DNA of 63,570 nt, filler included, from Platydemus manokwari (Eukaryota): the NCBI GenBank assembly GCA_037951405.1. It is 5 parts of 5 records of this genome, joined end to end, with 100 filler letters (N's around TTAATTAATTAA, not from the genome) between each part and the next. Parts side by side here need not be neighbours in the genome. Positions count along the whole stretch, not along the records: positions 1 to 15,754 come from JBBMOY011243651.1; positions 15,855 to 27,589 come from JBBMOY010494442.1; 3 more parts are not named here. The stretch is one strand, 5' to 3'. Positions 12,828 through 24,816 of this stretch are shown here, one piece after another; the stretch's first letter is position 1, and each line of letters opens with the position of its first letter. Made by a program: the position numbers and the translations under genes. The notes under the pieces are model-generated. The model did no database searches, had not been told where the DNA came from, and saw nothing but the letters and a program-made list of their open reading frames with translations.

Positions 12828-14600
12828 AAAATAAATTCATAACAAGCAATAATGAATTTCTAGATTCATGTTACCATAGCTTTCTTCATTTTTTCGACGA
12901 ATGGAGGCTTATAGTTCTAATTATATCATGAATTAATTGAACATGTTTATTAAGGTTTTCTTTTCAAATTTATTATCATTTTTGTCCATTATTTTAGTAA
13001 AGTTCTTATTTTTCTAGATTTTACGTTGTTCGTGGTATTCCTTGAAATATGCTCTTTGCAAAACACATTGTCCTGGATCTTCTTCATTACATCAATTCAA
13101 TAATAACGTTCTTCTTTTCAACAGCATCAAGTGGACTCTTAGATTTAATTTGATTTTACTACAAGAAAATATGTCTTTAATAAATGCTCTCATTTTACAA
13201 TTTACATATACATATATAACACTCGAAATTAAAAAATATTATTGTTAATATTACAAAATTATTTTACAATTTACATACACACACATATATATAAGACATG
13301 AAATTAAAAATTATGAATGTTTTTATTCCAATATTATAAAAATTAGACTATTATTCTATAGCCAAGAACAATGACTTTAATAAATTGGAGACAGAAAATC
13401 GTTGTCATCTGACAATTTTAGATTATTGGAAAACTAAAACACATAACATTCCTTTTCGTTTAATGTTTTATAACATTGTTGGCACCTAATGATTATATCT
13501 ATGTTGATTAGCAAAATAAAATCTTCTGCATTGAGACCATCAGTTAATAATTCATGAATACTGATTAAAATAAAAAGAAGATATATTGAATGAGAAAATC
13601 GGTGTAACCACAATAATCATTATAAAAGCCTGGTGCACAAAATTTATATTGTTAATTAGGTCAACAATGAATTTAATTATTCTCATTTGTTTTTGTCATT
13701 TTATCATGCTTTTTGTAAATCGATCCATTTATTATTAAAATTATTTTACAATTTTGATAAATTTATCATCTTTACTTAAACTTCAGTCCAGAAATCAGCT
13801 TGCATTTGCACTGAATATTTACCGTCTTTAAATCATCAATTTCCCTTTTCCTAAAGTCATTTTGTGGCAACTCTAACAGCAAATCAAATCATAGTGATTT
13901 TGTAAATAATTGAATTATTTGTTATAATTCTTACAAGATTCTTTCAACAAATATTAGGTAATCGTATTGAAAAATATTTCTGATATTTCAATGACCCGAA
14001 TTCATGCTAGAATCGATTGTTGCAGTTATCATATTTACATTTTGTTACTATTTTTATTAATATTATGAAATTAATTGGACAGATTTGTGATCGTCCTATG
14101 AAAGTTTTAAAAAATCCAACGATATTTGAAAAAAAATTCATCTCAATTCTATAAAGTGGATTGTTATCACGGTAACAAACAAAATCACCCGATAAAATAG
14201 TCAACATGAAACTACCTGGAATTGCGCAAAAATTGTTTTTAACAATCGCATTTTAAAACATTCAGACAACCAAAACGATTGTTATTACAAAACCACCTGA
14301 AGCAAAACCAAATGATTTTTGTGAAGTTAAGATATTCGAGGACCGATATGTGAATTCATAAATCCTTCGATTTGTGAGTAATGCTATCTTTATTTTTTTG
14401 CAAACAATGTTCTTGCTAATTATATGTGTAAATCGTCTGGCATGAAAAGATATCATTAAAGTGCAAATTCTTGTGAATATTTTCCATCTAATGATGTGCC
14501 AAGAATTGATTTATCTGTGCTGATTGTGTTTCATTTTCAATGAAATCTGAAACCAATTGTCATCTGTACAATAATACTGGTGACTCAAATAATTGTGATT
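12828..14600 (+). pseudogene. Inverted, disrupted paralog of the F-type lectin-PAN gene
   Basis: 12828-12920 (SCYHSFLHFFDEWRLIVL) and ~13968-14600 (KNISDISMTRIHARIDCC, KPNDFCEVKIFE, DCVSFSMKSETNCHLYNN) match the minus-strand gene; split by ~1 kb of unrelated DNA, with frame damage in the PAN exon. Confidence 0.75.
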
Positions 14601-14869
14601 CTAAACAGTTATATAATTCAATTATCGATTGCATCATGACATCAATATTAAATTTCCCATTTATTTTGTCAACAAATTTGTTTTGATTTTTGGAATCAAT
14701 ATTCAAATACGTATTATTTCAAATGAATTTTATATCGTTAACAACCACTTAAAATCAGGACTTCCATAATTAAGATCATATAAATGGAATTTATACCGCA
14801 AGGAACTGGTTTAATATCGTGAAAGTAAAATGAAATTTTTACATTCACTATAGATTTTGTTCAATGTAT

Positions 14870-15754
14870 CGATGATTTTGATATCTATTCAACAATGTTT
14901 ATCATGTTTGGTTTCGCAAATTGATAATAATAAATCGTGAATAAGTTGATCAATCTAAAATACAACACAGCTTCGTCAATAAAGTTTGTTTTTAACAACT
15001 CCGATTGTTTGCTATATCGGGACATGTTCTTAATTTTCATGGATCATTCGAATACAAGTTTCAATATTTCATTGAAGTACTGTACACCTAGCAATTTCGT
15101 TTTCCTTATAGTATAATCAGCTCTAATTTCCAAGTATTCATTCTCGTTCTAAATATTCTTAAAACACAGAATTTTTGAAAAATATTTTTGATAACGCAGC
15201 TGATTCCATTTATTACAATTTCTATTTATTCATCATTATTTTTATCTCTAAATCTGTCTTGTTCTAGTCGATAAAAAACTTTCTAATCTTTGTTTTTTAT
15301 ATTCCTCTTTTATATTATTTCTTTAATGTGGGTTGTGTTGCTTTATATAGCATTTTTCACAATGAGGAAATCATAATATTTTATCTGTGTTCACGTGTTT
15401 TTTCTTTTTACTAAATTCTTTTGCATTTCAAATATTTCCAGCTCTGCTTTCCATGTATAATATTATGATGTTTTTGAAGAATCCCAATTCCGCAACTATT
15501 TCAGAGCTTCGTGATCAGTTCTGATAATTAATTTTTTACCATAAATTGTCTAACAAACACAAGCTCTCAACTCTTTTCTTGTTATACAATATTTACGCTG
15601 TTCTTTGGTCAGTATTCTTGATGCGTCCTATATCACTCGTTCTTCACTGTTTTGATTTTGGGAAAGCACGGCTCCTGTAGAAACATTTTCTCATGCCAAA
15701 ACAGTATATGACAAGGTTCAAGATTTGGCAACAATGCAACAAAGGCCAGATGAA
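14870..15754 (-). mobile_element. Decayed Gypsy RNase H/integrase-proximal fragment, same family as 3700-7345
   Basis: Minus strand TGAVLSQNQNSEERVI*DASRILTKEQRKYCITRKEL and RTDHEALK; nucleotide similarity to 7100-7330. Left boundary approximate. Confidence 0.75.
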
Positions 15755-15854
15755 NNNNNNNNNNNNNNNNNNNNNNNNNNNNNNNNNNNNNNNNNNNNTT
15801 AATTAATTAANNNNNNNNNNNNNNNNNNNNNNNNNNNNNNNNNNNNNNNNNNNN
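15755..15854. other. Artificial contig spacer (44N-TTAATTAATTAA-44N)
   Basis: Same 100-nt layout at four places; the linker puts stops in all six frames. Confidence 0.97.
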
Positions 15855-16630
15855 ACTTTGAATATTTAATATCGACTTAATTTCATTATTTATTGATTTT
15901 AATTTTATAAAATAAAATAAAATTTAAAATAAAAATTTATTCATTATCACTTTTTATTTGTTGTGATGTGAGTAGTTGACATTCGAATCAGTACCTTGAA
16001 ATTATATTAAGAAATATTGGACTGAAAACGTGTTTGGAATTGAAATGAATGATTTTAGTCGTAAATAATGTGTATCAAGTGACTGTGAGCCTTATTGTAG
16101 ACTTAATTTTGATTTCGGGTTGACTATCTGTCATAATTCTTTCGAAATTTAGAAAACATGAAAATCGATCAGAAATTGTTTGACAATCATTAGTTAGGGT
16201 TTGTAAAGAAATAATATTGAAATTGACAACGATTTGATCACAGGAATTCGCGAAAGGAATTGTTAGGAAATTAATTAAAAATGTGAGTAATTGGGATTCG
16301 AAACTGTGCCGTAAGATATTATTAATAAATAATTGAGTGACAATGTGATTAAAAATGATTTCTATTTTTGTCTACAATTTTATTTTCTACAAGCGCTATA
16401 ACTGGCATTACTTCGATTTAAAAATTTGATAAACATTTAGACGTAAAATAAAATTATAAATTGTCACTCAATTTGTTTTAATAAATATAAAAATGTAAAA
16501 CAGAATGTTTAAGGGGAACTATAAGCAGTTTGGTTTAACTATTTTACAACGAAATCAGCATGAAATGTTTTAACTTTTACAGTTGAGAGATTGTTTTAAA
16601 TTATTTAATAAGCGCATGTTTTTAAATTAT

Positions 16631-16670
16631 TAATAACAATAACAATAACAATAACAATAACAATAACAAT
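16631..16670. repeat. (AATAAC)n microsatellite, ~6 units
   Basis: Read directly. Confidence 0.9.
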
Positions 16671-17615
16671 ATCACTTTTCTATATGAATATAAATAATTT
16701 TTTGAATAAAAGATTTCTAAAATATCACAATTCGTTGATTTTATCAAAGCCATGAACAATTATTAAAATATCAGAACACTTTTATATCAATGTCAAGCGG
16801 TGGTTCGAATCCCAGATTGTTCACATTTTTATTGATTTTCCAACAATTCTTCTCACATATTGTTATGATAAAAAAAATTGTATCAACTAAAATATTACAC
16901 TCAAAGTCTCAGCAATAACAACAGCGAATCTTTTTACAATTCAGAAAATCACTTAAGACAAAATCAGCACCTGAAAATCAAATACAGAATGAAAAGTAAT
17001 GAAAAAGATTGATGATTAAAATCACACATAAGCTAGGCACTCGAGCTTCTTTTATAGTCCTATTGGTTGTGTATGTGATGTCACGGATCTTCGTTTTCCA
17101 TTTTGGTGAATTTGTTTGTGGATTGATTTACTTGAGTTTTTCCTTATAGCTCAAGTAATATTTCAGCTTGCTGCCATTTGGAGGTATGCACCTGTTGATT
17201 CGTAGCTTCTAAATATGATTTAACAGTAGAACGACTCTGATTGGTTAACATTGGTTTTCATCGGTTCTATGTGTATTAACCTTTTTCGGATTCTTTGGCT
17301 GGTTCTTGTGACTCTTCTCATTGATTGGTGATGTACTCAACAGAATTAATAAACCCGTAATATAGGATTGGGTGATTTTATCTTATATTTTTTGATAAGT
17401 CTTCAATTTCGAATTCTGATGGTCATCGAAGCAATCTAGCTAGTTTCATTGATCAAAAATAATGAACTACAAGTTAATTTAGATTTTCTTAAAAATTTTG
17501 AAAATAACATTTGATGTCCAGATGCAAATATTCTCAATCAATCAATAAATATCCTATTTCATATGATTTCTATTCAGTTATCGATTTTAAGTTTAGTATC
17601 TGTTCAGTGATAAAT

Positions 17616-17837
17616 AAAATGTAAAGATTTATGTTGGATATTTGTATTGCATGATTATTCACTTCCTAACACCAGAACCCGGGTTGGAGAACAACTGTTA
17701 TCGGATCCGGCATTACAGTTGTTCGCCGACAAGTGCTGGTCGATTAGGTTGCGATATAATCGTGTAACAATGCAAATATCCAATATTTCATAAATCCGGC
17801 TCTCACGTAGTTGAGTTACAGACGCGCCACGTCCAGC
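17616..17837 (-). ncRNA. 7SL/SRP-like Alu-domain RNA, copy A (~220 nt, rod-like body, shortened helix-3 loop)
   Basis: 5' GCTGGACGTGGCGCGTCTGTAACTCAACTACGTGAGAGC; nested stems GATTTATG/CATAAATC, TTGGATATTTG/CAAATATCCAA, GATTAT/ATAATC, CCTAA/TTAGG, ACCAG/CTGGT, AACAACTGT/ACAGTTGTT; ends TTTACATTTT. Confidence 0.75.
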
Positions 17838-17911
17838 CATTTTCCAATTCTATATTTATTAACTTCAATTAAATGATAATCGCGTCTACTTACAACTATT
17901 AGTAGATAATT
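17838..17911 (-). promoter_or_regulatory. Putative external Pol III promoter of copy A (upstream box -74..-48, TATA-like about -24..-17)
   Basis: AATTATCTACTAATAGTTGTAAGTAGA ... TAATAAAT at the same spacing in all four full copies. Confidence 0.6.
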
Positions 17912-18555
17912 TGAACATTATTTTTTATTAGATGCTATTGAACTATTTTTTCACAAATAAATAAAAATTTTATTTCAAATTATTTAATTTATGTCAAATT
18001 CAATCATTTTGTAAAAATAAAATCATTCTTAACTTTTTGTAAAGAACAAAATCGAAATCGACATTGATTTGATCACAGAATTTAATTAAAAATGCGAATA
18101 ACTGGGATTCGAATCTGTGACTTAAAATTATGTTAAGAAATATTGGACTGAAAATTTGAATTATCATCTGAAGCTGTGATGACAAGTTGTGATGACAAGA
18201 CTAGAGAAGCGATATACAATAATTGATAAAAAATATGAGCAGCCAAGAATACGAACCGGTTTTTCTTAAATGAATCAATACATTCATGCTAATGGATTGA
18301 ATGATTTGAGGTTATATTCTTTGATAAATCTACAATTTTGAATGCTGATGGTAATCGAAACAATCTGGCTAGATTCATTGAACAAAAATAATGAACTACA
18401 AGTTAATTTAGATTTTTATGATTATTTTATAAATAACATTTGGTGTTCATATTCTCAATAAATCAATAGATATCCTGTTCCATATGATTTCTATGCATTT
18501 ATCGATTTTAAGTTTAAATATATTTTCAAAAACATTTTTAGTGATAAACAAAATG

Positions 18556-18767
18556 AAAAGATTTATGTTGTGATGGAGCACATGAATATCCCTTCCTACA
18601 CCAGCCCCAGGTTCTAAACTTCTATCTTCTATCTTTGTAGATGTTTGTCTTTACCATGGTCTGTTTGTATAGCTTGTGGGATAATCATATAGCATTGTAT
18701 TTATTCGTCACTTCATAAATCCGGCTCTCAGGTAGTTGAGTTACAGACGCGCACCACCACGCCCAGC
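18556..18767 (-). ncRNA. 7SL/SRP-like Alu-domain RNA, copy B (~212 nt)
   Basis: 5' GCTGGGCGTGGTGGTGCGCGTCTGTAACTCAACTACCTGAGAGC; loop-loop complement GGTGGT/ACTACC; stems GATTTATG/CATAAATC, GTGA/TCAC, TATCCC/GGGATA, CTATAC/GTGTAG; ends TTTT. Confidence 0.8.
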
Positions 18768-18841
18768 CATTTTCCTATTCTATATTTATTAACTTCAATT
18801 GAATAATAATCGCTTCTACTTACAATTAAAAGTAGATAATT
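18768..18841 (-). promoter_or_regulatory. Putative external Pol III promoter of copy B
   Basis: AATTATCTACTTTTAATTGTAAGTAGA at -74..-48; TAATAAAT near -24. Confidence 0.6.
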
Positions 18842-19699
18842 TTAAATTTATTTTTAATTAAATGTTATTGTTCATAAATTATAGTGAAATCGATAAAATA
18901 GTTCACTTGTAAATTATTGCAGAATGAACTCTAAATTGATCATTGATTGACTCCAGTTCAAATCAATGGTTTTGTAAATCTTTAGAAATATGAGAAATGA
19001 ATTCGCGAGTTTTTCATTGAATATTATCAAGCATACAAATGTTATAAAATTACATTTGTTATCTGATTGATTTTCAAATTTGATATCTTTAACTTGAAAT
19101 AAATCAATAAATCAATATTAAAAATTTTATTAAATCAAATATAAAATTTATTGACTAAGAATCGTATTGAAGTAACGCCAAAAAATTTATTATTGATTAT
19201 TCAAAGAGGACATTTGCTCGTTTCCTTGTAAGATGATGCGTGAAAGCGTTACTGATGATGAGAAAATAATGTTAACTGGTACTAAAGGAAAAGATACAAT
19301 TCCAATAGTGGATCAGACACGTGAAAAGCTACCATAACAAGGTACAATAAAAGACACGAAAGAATGGAGGAGCATAAATAAATAATTGATTTGGATTGTG
19401 ATGACACGTGCTTATAATTTTGAATGATCCAATTAATTATCAAATCATCAGCTATTTCACATTTGATAAAATTAAAAATACTAAATAAAACTCGAGTGAT
19501 AATGGAACAATAGACCTAGAATCAATAAACACGATATTAATTGATTTATTGAATTATCATTAAATATTTGAGTGAGATTGGTGCAGTAATTCATCAGCCT
19601 TTATCAAGCGTAGGCGTTTTTCTGAAAAAGAGAAAAACAAAAAATACAATAAAATATGGCGTCTATCAAACAATTGGAAAATTATATCAAGCCATCATA

Positions 19700-20560
19700 A
19701 TCCATTCAATCAATTTCTTAATACAATTCTCTCCTTAAATAATTTTCTTTCATTTTCTATTATATCAGGATATCTTGAAACCAATTTCAAATATATACAA
19801 GAAAGAATTTGGTTGTTTATGATTTCAGTGTCTTTTCCTATTTGTTCTTCTTTTGGAATATTTACACATTCTTTATCAGCAACAATTATAAAAGGAACTG
19901 GTATTTGATGTTTATGTTTTAAAATTTTAACATGTTGTTGTAAGGGAAACTTTGTTCATTTCCATTATCTTTCATATTTGGCCGAATTATTTTTGGTTAT
20001 CTTTTTCCATCTTTTCCACATATTATTTGGTGATTTATAGAAACATTTTCTTTTACAAAGTAAGAACAACATTTATCACAGACATCTAATTTATCATTTT
20101 GTTTTCATTTATAATTCAATTCTCCACCCATAAATTGTTTAAAATTTTAATGAGAGCATGATGGGTTTTACCATTGTTTTTCTAAATGTAACAACTTGAT
20201 ATCTTGATTATATTCTTTATTTTTAGAAATATATTTTAGAAATAATTTATAGTTTTTTTTCCTCCTTTCTTCTTTCCTTCCTTAATTAGGCATTTTATTT
20301 CATCAGCATTGATTTTAAATTATTGTTCTTTTCATATATTTTTTATTTCACTAATGGGTATTGGAAATGTTACTCCATCTATATTTAATTAGTCAAAATG
20401 TTTTGTGAATTGATATAAATAATTCTCTACATCAACTATATTATTAGAGACAAAAGATAAAGATACATAATTACTTCAGGATAGTACATTTATGTTTGAA
20501 ATGTTTACTTTTATGCCCCTAATTCAAATATATTCTAACCACTGCCTTTAACCTTTAACA
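19700..20560 (-). mobile_element. Decayed Polinton/Maverick-type DNA polymerase B N-terminal region
   Basis: Broken minus frames LNIDGVTFPIPISEIK..EKNNNLKIN and KHQIPVPFIIVADKECV resemble the Polinton pPolB FP..I..FEK.N and VPFVIYADFE motifs. Confidence 0.65.
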
Positions 20561-21676
20561 AATCATCATCTAGTTTCTGTGGAAATTCATTGGTGGATTC
20601 TAATGATTGATCTGCATTCATTGGATCTTCTCTTATTTTCGATGTCTGATCTGAACTTAATGGTATTGTAATGCAATCATATTCATTTGTATTGTGATTT
20701 ATATTTTACAGGATAATCTTAACATTTATTTGTTCTATAATACTACTTCTTTGAATACAGAAAACTGAAGGGAAATTTCGGAAGGTTATCGATTTACGGA
20801 TATTGAAAAATTAGAAATATTTTTATTGGAACCGAATAGATGTTATTTTTGTTCAGAGAGTAATATTCGAGGAAATTGTTTCCAGAATATTTGTACACTC
20901 ATCAACTTTAATTGTAAAATATTCGAGGACGTTGCTCTCTAAAATCGGTAAATCAAAAACGTTTAGTGTAGTGAGTCTGTAACTGTTTATTGCGCCTCTT
21001 GTATTGTAACATAGGTCAGTAGTAGATAAAAATTGTTAGCGAACTGGTTATGTGATTTGTTGTTAACTTGAATATAAGATTGGACTCTTGATTGTGATAT
21101 TGCAATTTAAATAAACGATCGTAAAGTTGTTTTAAAAATAAATCTTACTATTCAACCGCCATCTTTTTGGAGTTAGATAGACAGAATCTAATGAGTATTT
21201 ATCGCGATCTACAGCAGGTAGACTCAATAAATTTGTGATATACTTTTTTCAACATGTTGGTGTAAAAGGAATTTGTACTGGAGCAAAACATGGAAGTGCT
21301 TTCTTGGTTAATAATTATGAAACAAAATCTATAAATATGTGTGTGTGTTGATAAAAGCTCTTATCCTTATTTAAGAAAGAAACGAAATTCTATATCTACA
21401 AAACCTAAATTATTAATATGTGAATTTAATAAACCACCAAATAATGGGTTTTCTATTTACTTAATTAATAAATTACTTAAAGATTTAAAGACTATATAAA
21501 ATTATTTAATTTATTGGTAATATATTTTCTAATAGATCATCAAAGAGTAATCTCCTGGAATTTATAATATTTAATAAAAGTTTATCCGATAATGAAAGTT
21601 CAGACATCAAAGATTTTTTTTACAGAAAATTATCGTGATTTGGAGTATTACTAAATTCTATATTAAATTAAATAAA

Positions 21677-22140
21677 ATGGAAGATCAAAAACTTTACCCT
21701 AACCTTGATAATTTTAATGATTCAATTGCCCCACCAGATTCTAAAACGATGAGTCCATCTTTTCTAAGCTATGAAAACGATAAGTGAAAAATAAATATTA
21801 ACATCTTTAAAATAGAAAAATTTTGGAATAAGAAAACAGTTTTAGAAGAATTATCAAATCATTATGATAAATAAAAAATTAAATGAAGTAAAGTAGATAA
21901 TGGTTTAAAGTATTCAATTATCATATATGGTTGTGTTTTAGCGGTTGTGTCAATTATTTTACCAACTCTTTCTGATGTTGGAATTTAACTTATAATTACT
22001 TTATATTGTGGAGTTGGAATTGGTTTATTCACGATAATAAAATCAATTATTGGGGAAACATTTCATATTGGTTTAAGCAGTAAAAAGAATAAAAATGTAT
22101 AAAGAAGTTTGCGAAGTGATAAAACATGATATTTCAATGC
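21677..22140 (+). mobile_element. Decayed Polinton-like small ORF (LYP.L / hydrophobic segments)
   Basis: MEDQKLYPNLDNFNDSIAPP followed by broken helical and hydrophobic segments; lies next to the pPolB remnant. Confidence 0.4.
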
Positions 22141-22502
22141 AATATTTCTTAATCTAATTTTAGGGCACAGTTTCGAATCCCAACGAATCAAATTTTTAAT
22201 TAATTTCTAATTTAAAACGAATTCCTGTGATCAAATCACTCTCAATTTCGATATTATTTCTTTTCAAAAAGTTAAGAATAATTGTCCTACATAAAAACAG
22301 TGCTACTAGAAGGATTTTGAGCAACAACCTATATATTACATCGGTTGTCAAAATATTTTAACTCGTAGATGTGGTTTGCTTCTTGGTTTATTATATTATT
22401 ATACATCAGTGCAACATCCTTGTTGGACTTAAGAAACGATTTCATATTAACTATTAAGTTTTCAAAAATTAAAATTCTTTTCGATTTGGAAATAATTTTT
22501 TC

Positions 22503-22858
22503 AAAAGATTTGTGTTGATTTGAATTGCATGATATCAGCTTAGACTTCGTTTTATATTTTTTTTCGGTTTTCCTCTTTCGATCTGACATAACTTTAGTCG
22601 ATCTACTCGATTGTTTTCCGTTTTTGGTTTATTGCTTTTTTTTGTATTTTTTCATTTTATAATTTTTTTTTTTTTTATTTTTGAATTTTTTTTTTTTTTT
22701 TGATTTTTTGATTTTTTTGATTTTATAATATTTTTTCAACTCAGTTCCAAACAGAATATCATGGTGAATATGATTTAACAATATATCACCCATAATTCAA
22801 ACTTCACAAATCCAGCTCTCAGGTAGTTGAGTTACAGACGCGCACCGCCACGTCCAGC
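22503..22858 (-). ncRNA. 7SL/SRP-like Alu-domain RNA, copy C (~356 nt, A-rich interior)
   Basis: 5' GCTGGACGTGGCGGTGCGCGTCTGTAACTCAACTACCTGAGAGC; stems GATTTGTG/CACAAATC, TTTGAATT/AATTCAAA, CATGATAT/ATATCATG; ~120-nt A-rich tract; first TTTT only at the 3' end. Confidence 0.75.
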
Positions 22859-22932
22859 TGAATTTTGTTTAGCTATTTATAAATTTCAACTAAGCGATGA
22901 TGTGTTCTATTGACAACTGAAAGTAGATAATT
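22859..22932 (-). promoter_or_regulatory. Putative external Pol III promoter of copy C
   Basis: AATTATCTACTTTCAGTTGTCAATAGA at -74..-48; TTATAAAT near -24. Confidence 0.6.
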
Positions 22933-23234
22933 TTCAATTGATTTTTATTACTTGACAAAAAAAATCACAACTAATACAATTCAAAATCACTAATTTAATA
23001 TAAATACACGCACGAATATTAGATGAATACTGAAGATTAAGTTGGATGTAAAAAACTACTAATAGAAGGATGATGTCGAATTATTGTATGTATATGAAAC
23101 ATCTTGAATACAATACGAATACATCGAGAATACTTTATATAAGCGCTGAGACACTCACATTTATATTGATTTTTAAATAATTCTTCTCACATATTTTTAT
23201 GAAAAAATAATTGGCCAAAGGTAAAAAAGGGTAC

Positions 23235-23587
23235 CAAAATAAATTTTTTAATTTGTTTAAGGGTATTGCGAAAATTTATATAGTTTATTTAATTATATTC
23301 TTTAAAAAACATTTATTTAATTTTTTATTAAAGTATTTAAGAAGAATTTTAGTTGTTTGAAATAAAATATTAAATAAACTAGATCTTAAAAATCTCCTAA
23401 AATTTGATTATTTGAAAAAATGAAAATAGAAGGTCGAATTGCAATTTATTGAAAATTAGCGAGGATCCTTTTTCTAACACACGAAGCAAATTGAGATGTC
23501 ATCTAAATTTTTACAATAACTCATAAAAATAACCAATGATATTATTAAACATATCTGTGATTAACTAACTCGATTTATAATTATAAA
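23235..23587. repeat. Dispersed ~360-bp AT-rich repeat, copy 2
   Basis: Colinear with 2680-3036. Confidence 0.8.
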
Positions 23588-24525
23588 AAATTAAATTTAA
23601 AAACTTAAATTTAAAAACATATAAAGTTAAGTTATAAAATTATTTCAGGCGCTAAATTTCATAATAACGAAAGTAGGTCAAAGGTCTAATTTTCTTAACT
23701 TAAGCCAAATAATTAATAATTTCGATATTTTTCATTTACCAAACATCATCAGTGATCGAAAAAGTATGTCTGCTGAAAAATAGATATTTTAAAAATTTAA
23801 AGATTAGTGAGAGAGAAGTAATTTGAATAATCATCTGAAGGTGTGATGACAAGATAAGTGAATCAATACACAGTAATTCATAAAAAATATGAGCAATCTA
23901 GAATACAAACCGGTTCCTCTACAATTTCTAATTTTGCTATCTTCATCGATTAAGAATAAAGTACTCTAGTTAATTCAGTATTTCTCAAGAATTTTATAAA
24001 TAACATTTCGTTACCAGATGAAAATATTTTTCATGGGCCAATGAATTTAATTCCTAATATACTTTAACTCATGCATTCAGAATGTCAATCAATTTATTTG
24101 TCAGTTGTTTGTTTTAATTACTGATATTCTGACTATAAAATGTTAGTTATTGACTGCGAAAAAATAAATATATCTAGAACTATAAATGAAATTATTCCAA
24201 ATATTTTTTGATGTTAAATTGATTTATCGGGTTTCACTTCTCAATCAATCCAAGTACTTTTGTTTTAATTATTAAATGATCGGTTTTTAAAAAAATTTTT
24301 CACAATGTGACAAAATTACGATAGCGAACGAATATTTAAAGGTGTTGTTAGAAGTGAGATGTGATTTATAATAGCTCTTTTACCTCTACTGATATACAAT
24401 ATAAATATAGTATACATATAATATCAATAAAATTTTATACTCATAGTATGTTTCAACGTACCATCAGTCTTACTCGTACTAGTACGTATGAGTAGATTTT
24501 ATATTTTAAAGTAAGATTTATAAAA

Positions 24526-24732
24526 ATGAATCCAAATAAAATTCGATACGATGTTTATACTGGTGATGAATTGTCAGTAATAGATATTAACATAAGATAT
24601 CCAGACCAAAAAAACCAATTAGAGTCTGCTTGTGATCCAAGACTAGGAGCAAGTAATGTAGGTTTATGTAATCTAAGTGAGAAAAAGGTTATTATTATAC
24701 ACCCTAAAATAATAAAAAAAGATACCCCCTAA
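24526..24732 (+). pseudogene. Fragment resembling the N-terminus of an RNA polymerase largest (beta-prime/RPB1-like) subunit
   Basis: KIRYDVYTGDELSVIDINIRYPDQKNQLESACDPRLGASNVGLC resembles the I.FG..S..E....I..P....DPRLG....C start of RPB1-family subunits; stops after 68 codons. Confidence 0.5.
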
Positions 24733-24816
24733 TAAGTGCATGTTTTCAAATTAAGAAACGATAACAAATAAGTTTTTATAAATTAAAATTCTATTCGATT
24801 TGGAAATAATTTATTC

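Noticed and set aside
17655-17840. 61-aa ORF MAGRGASVTQ over copy A
   Set aside because: Frame is not preserved in the other copies; the sequence is better explained by RNA structure.
22329-22589. 86-aa Lys-rich ORF
   Set aside because: Arises from the A-rich interior and flank of ncRNA copy C.
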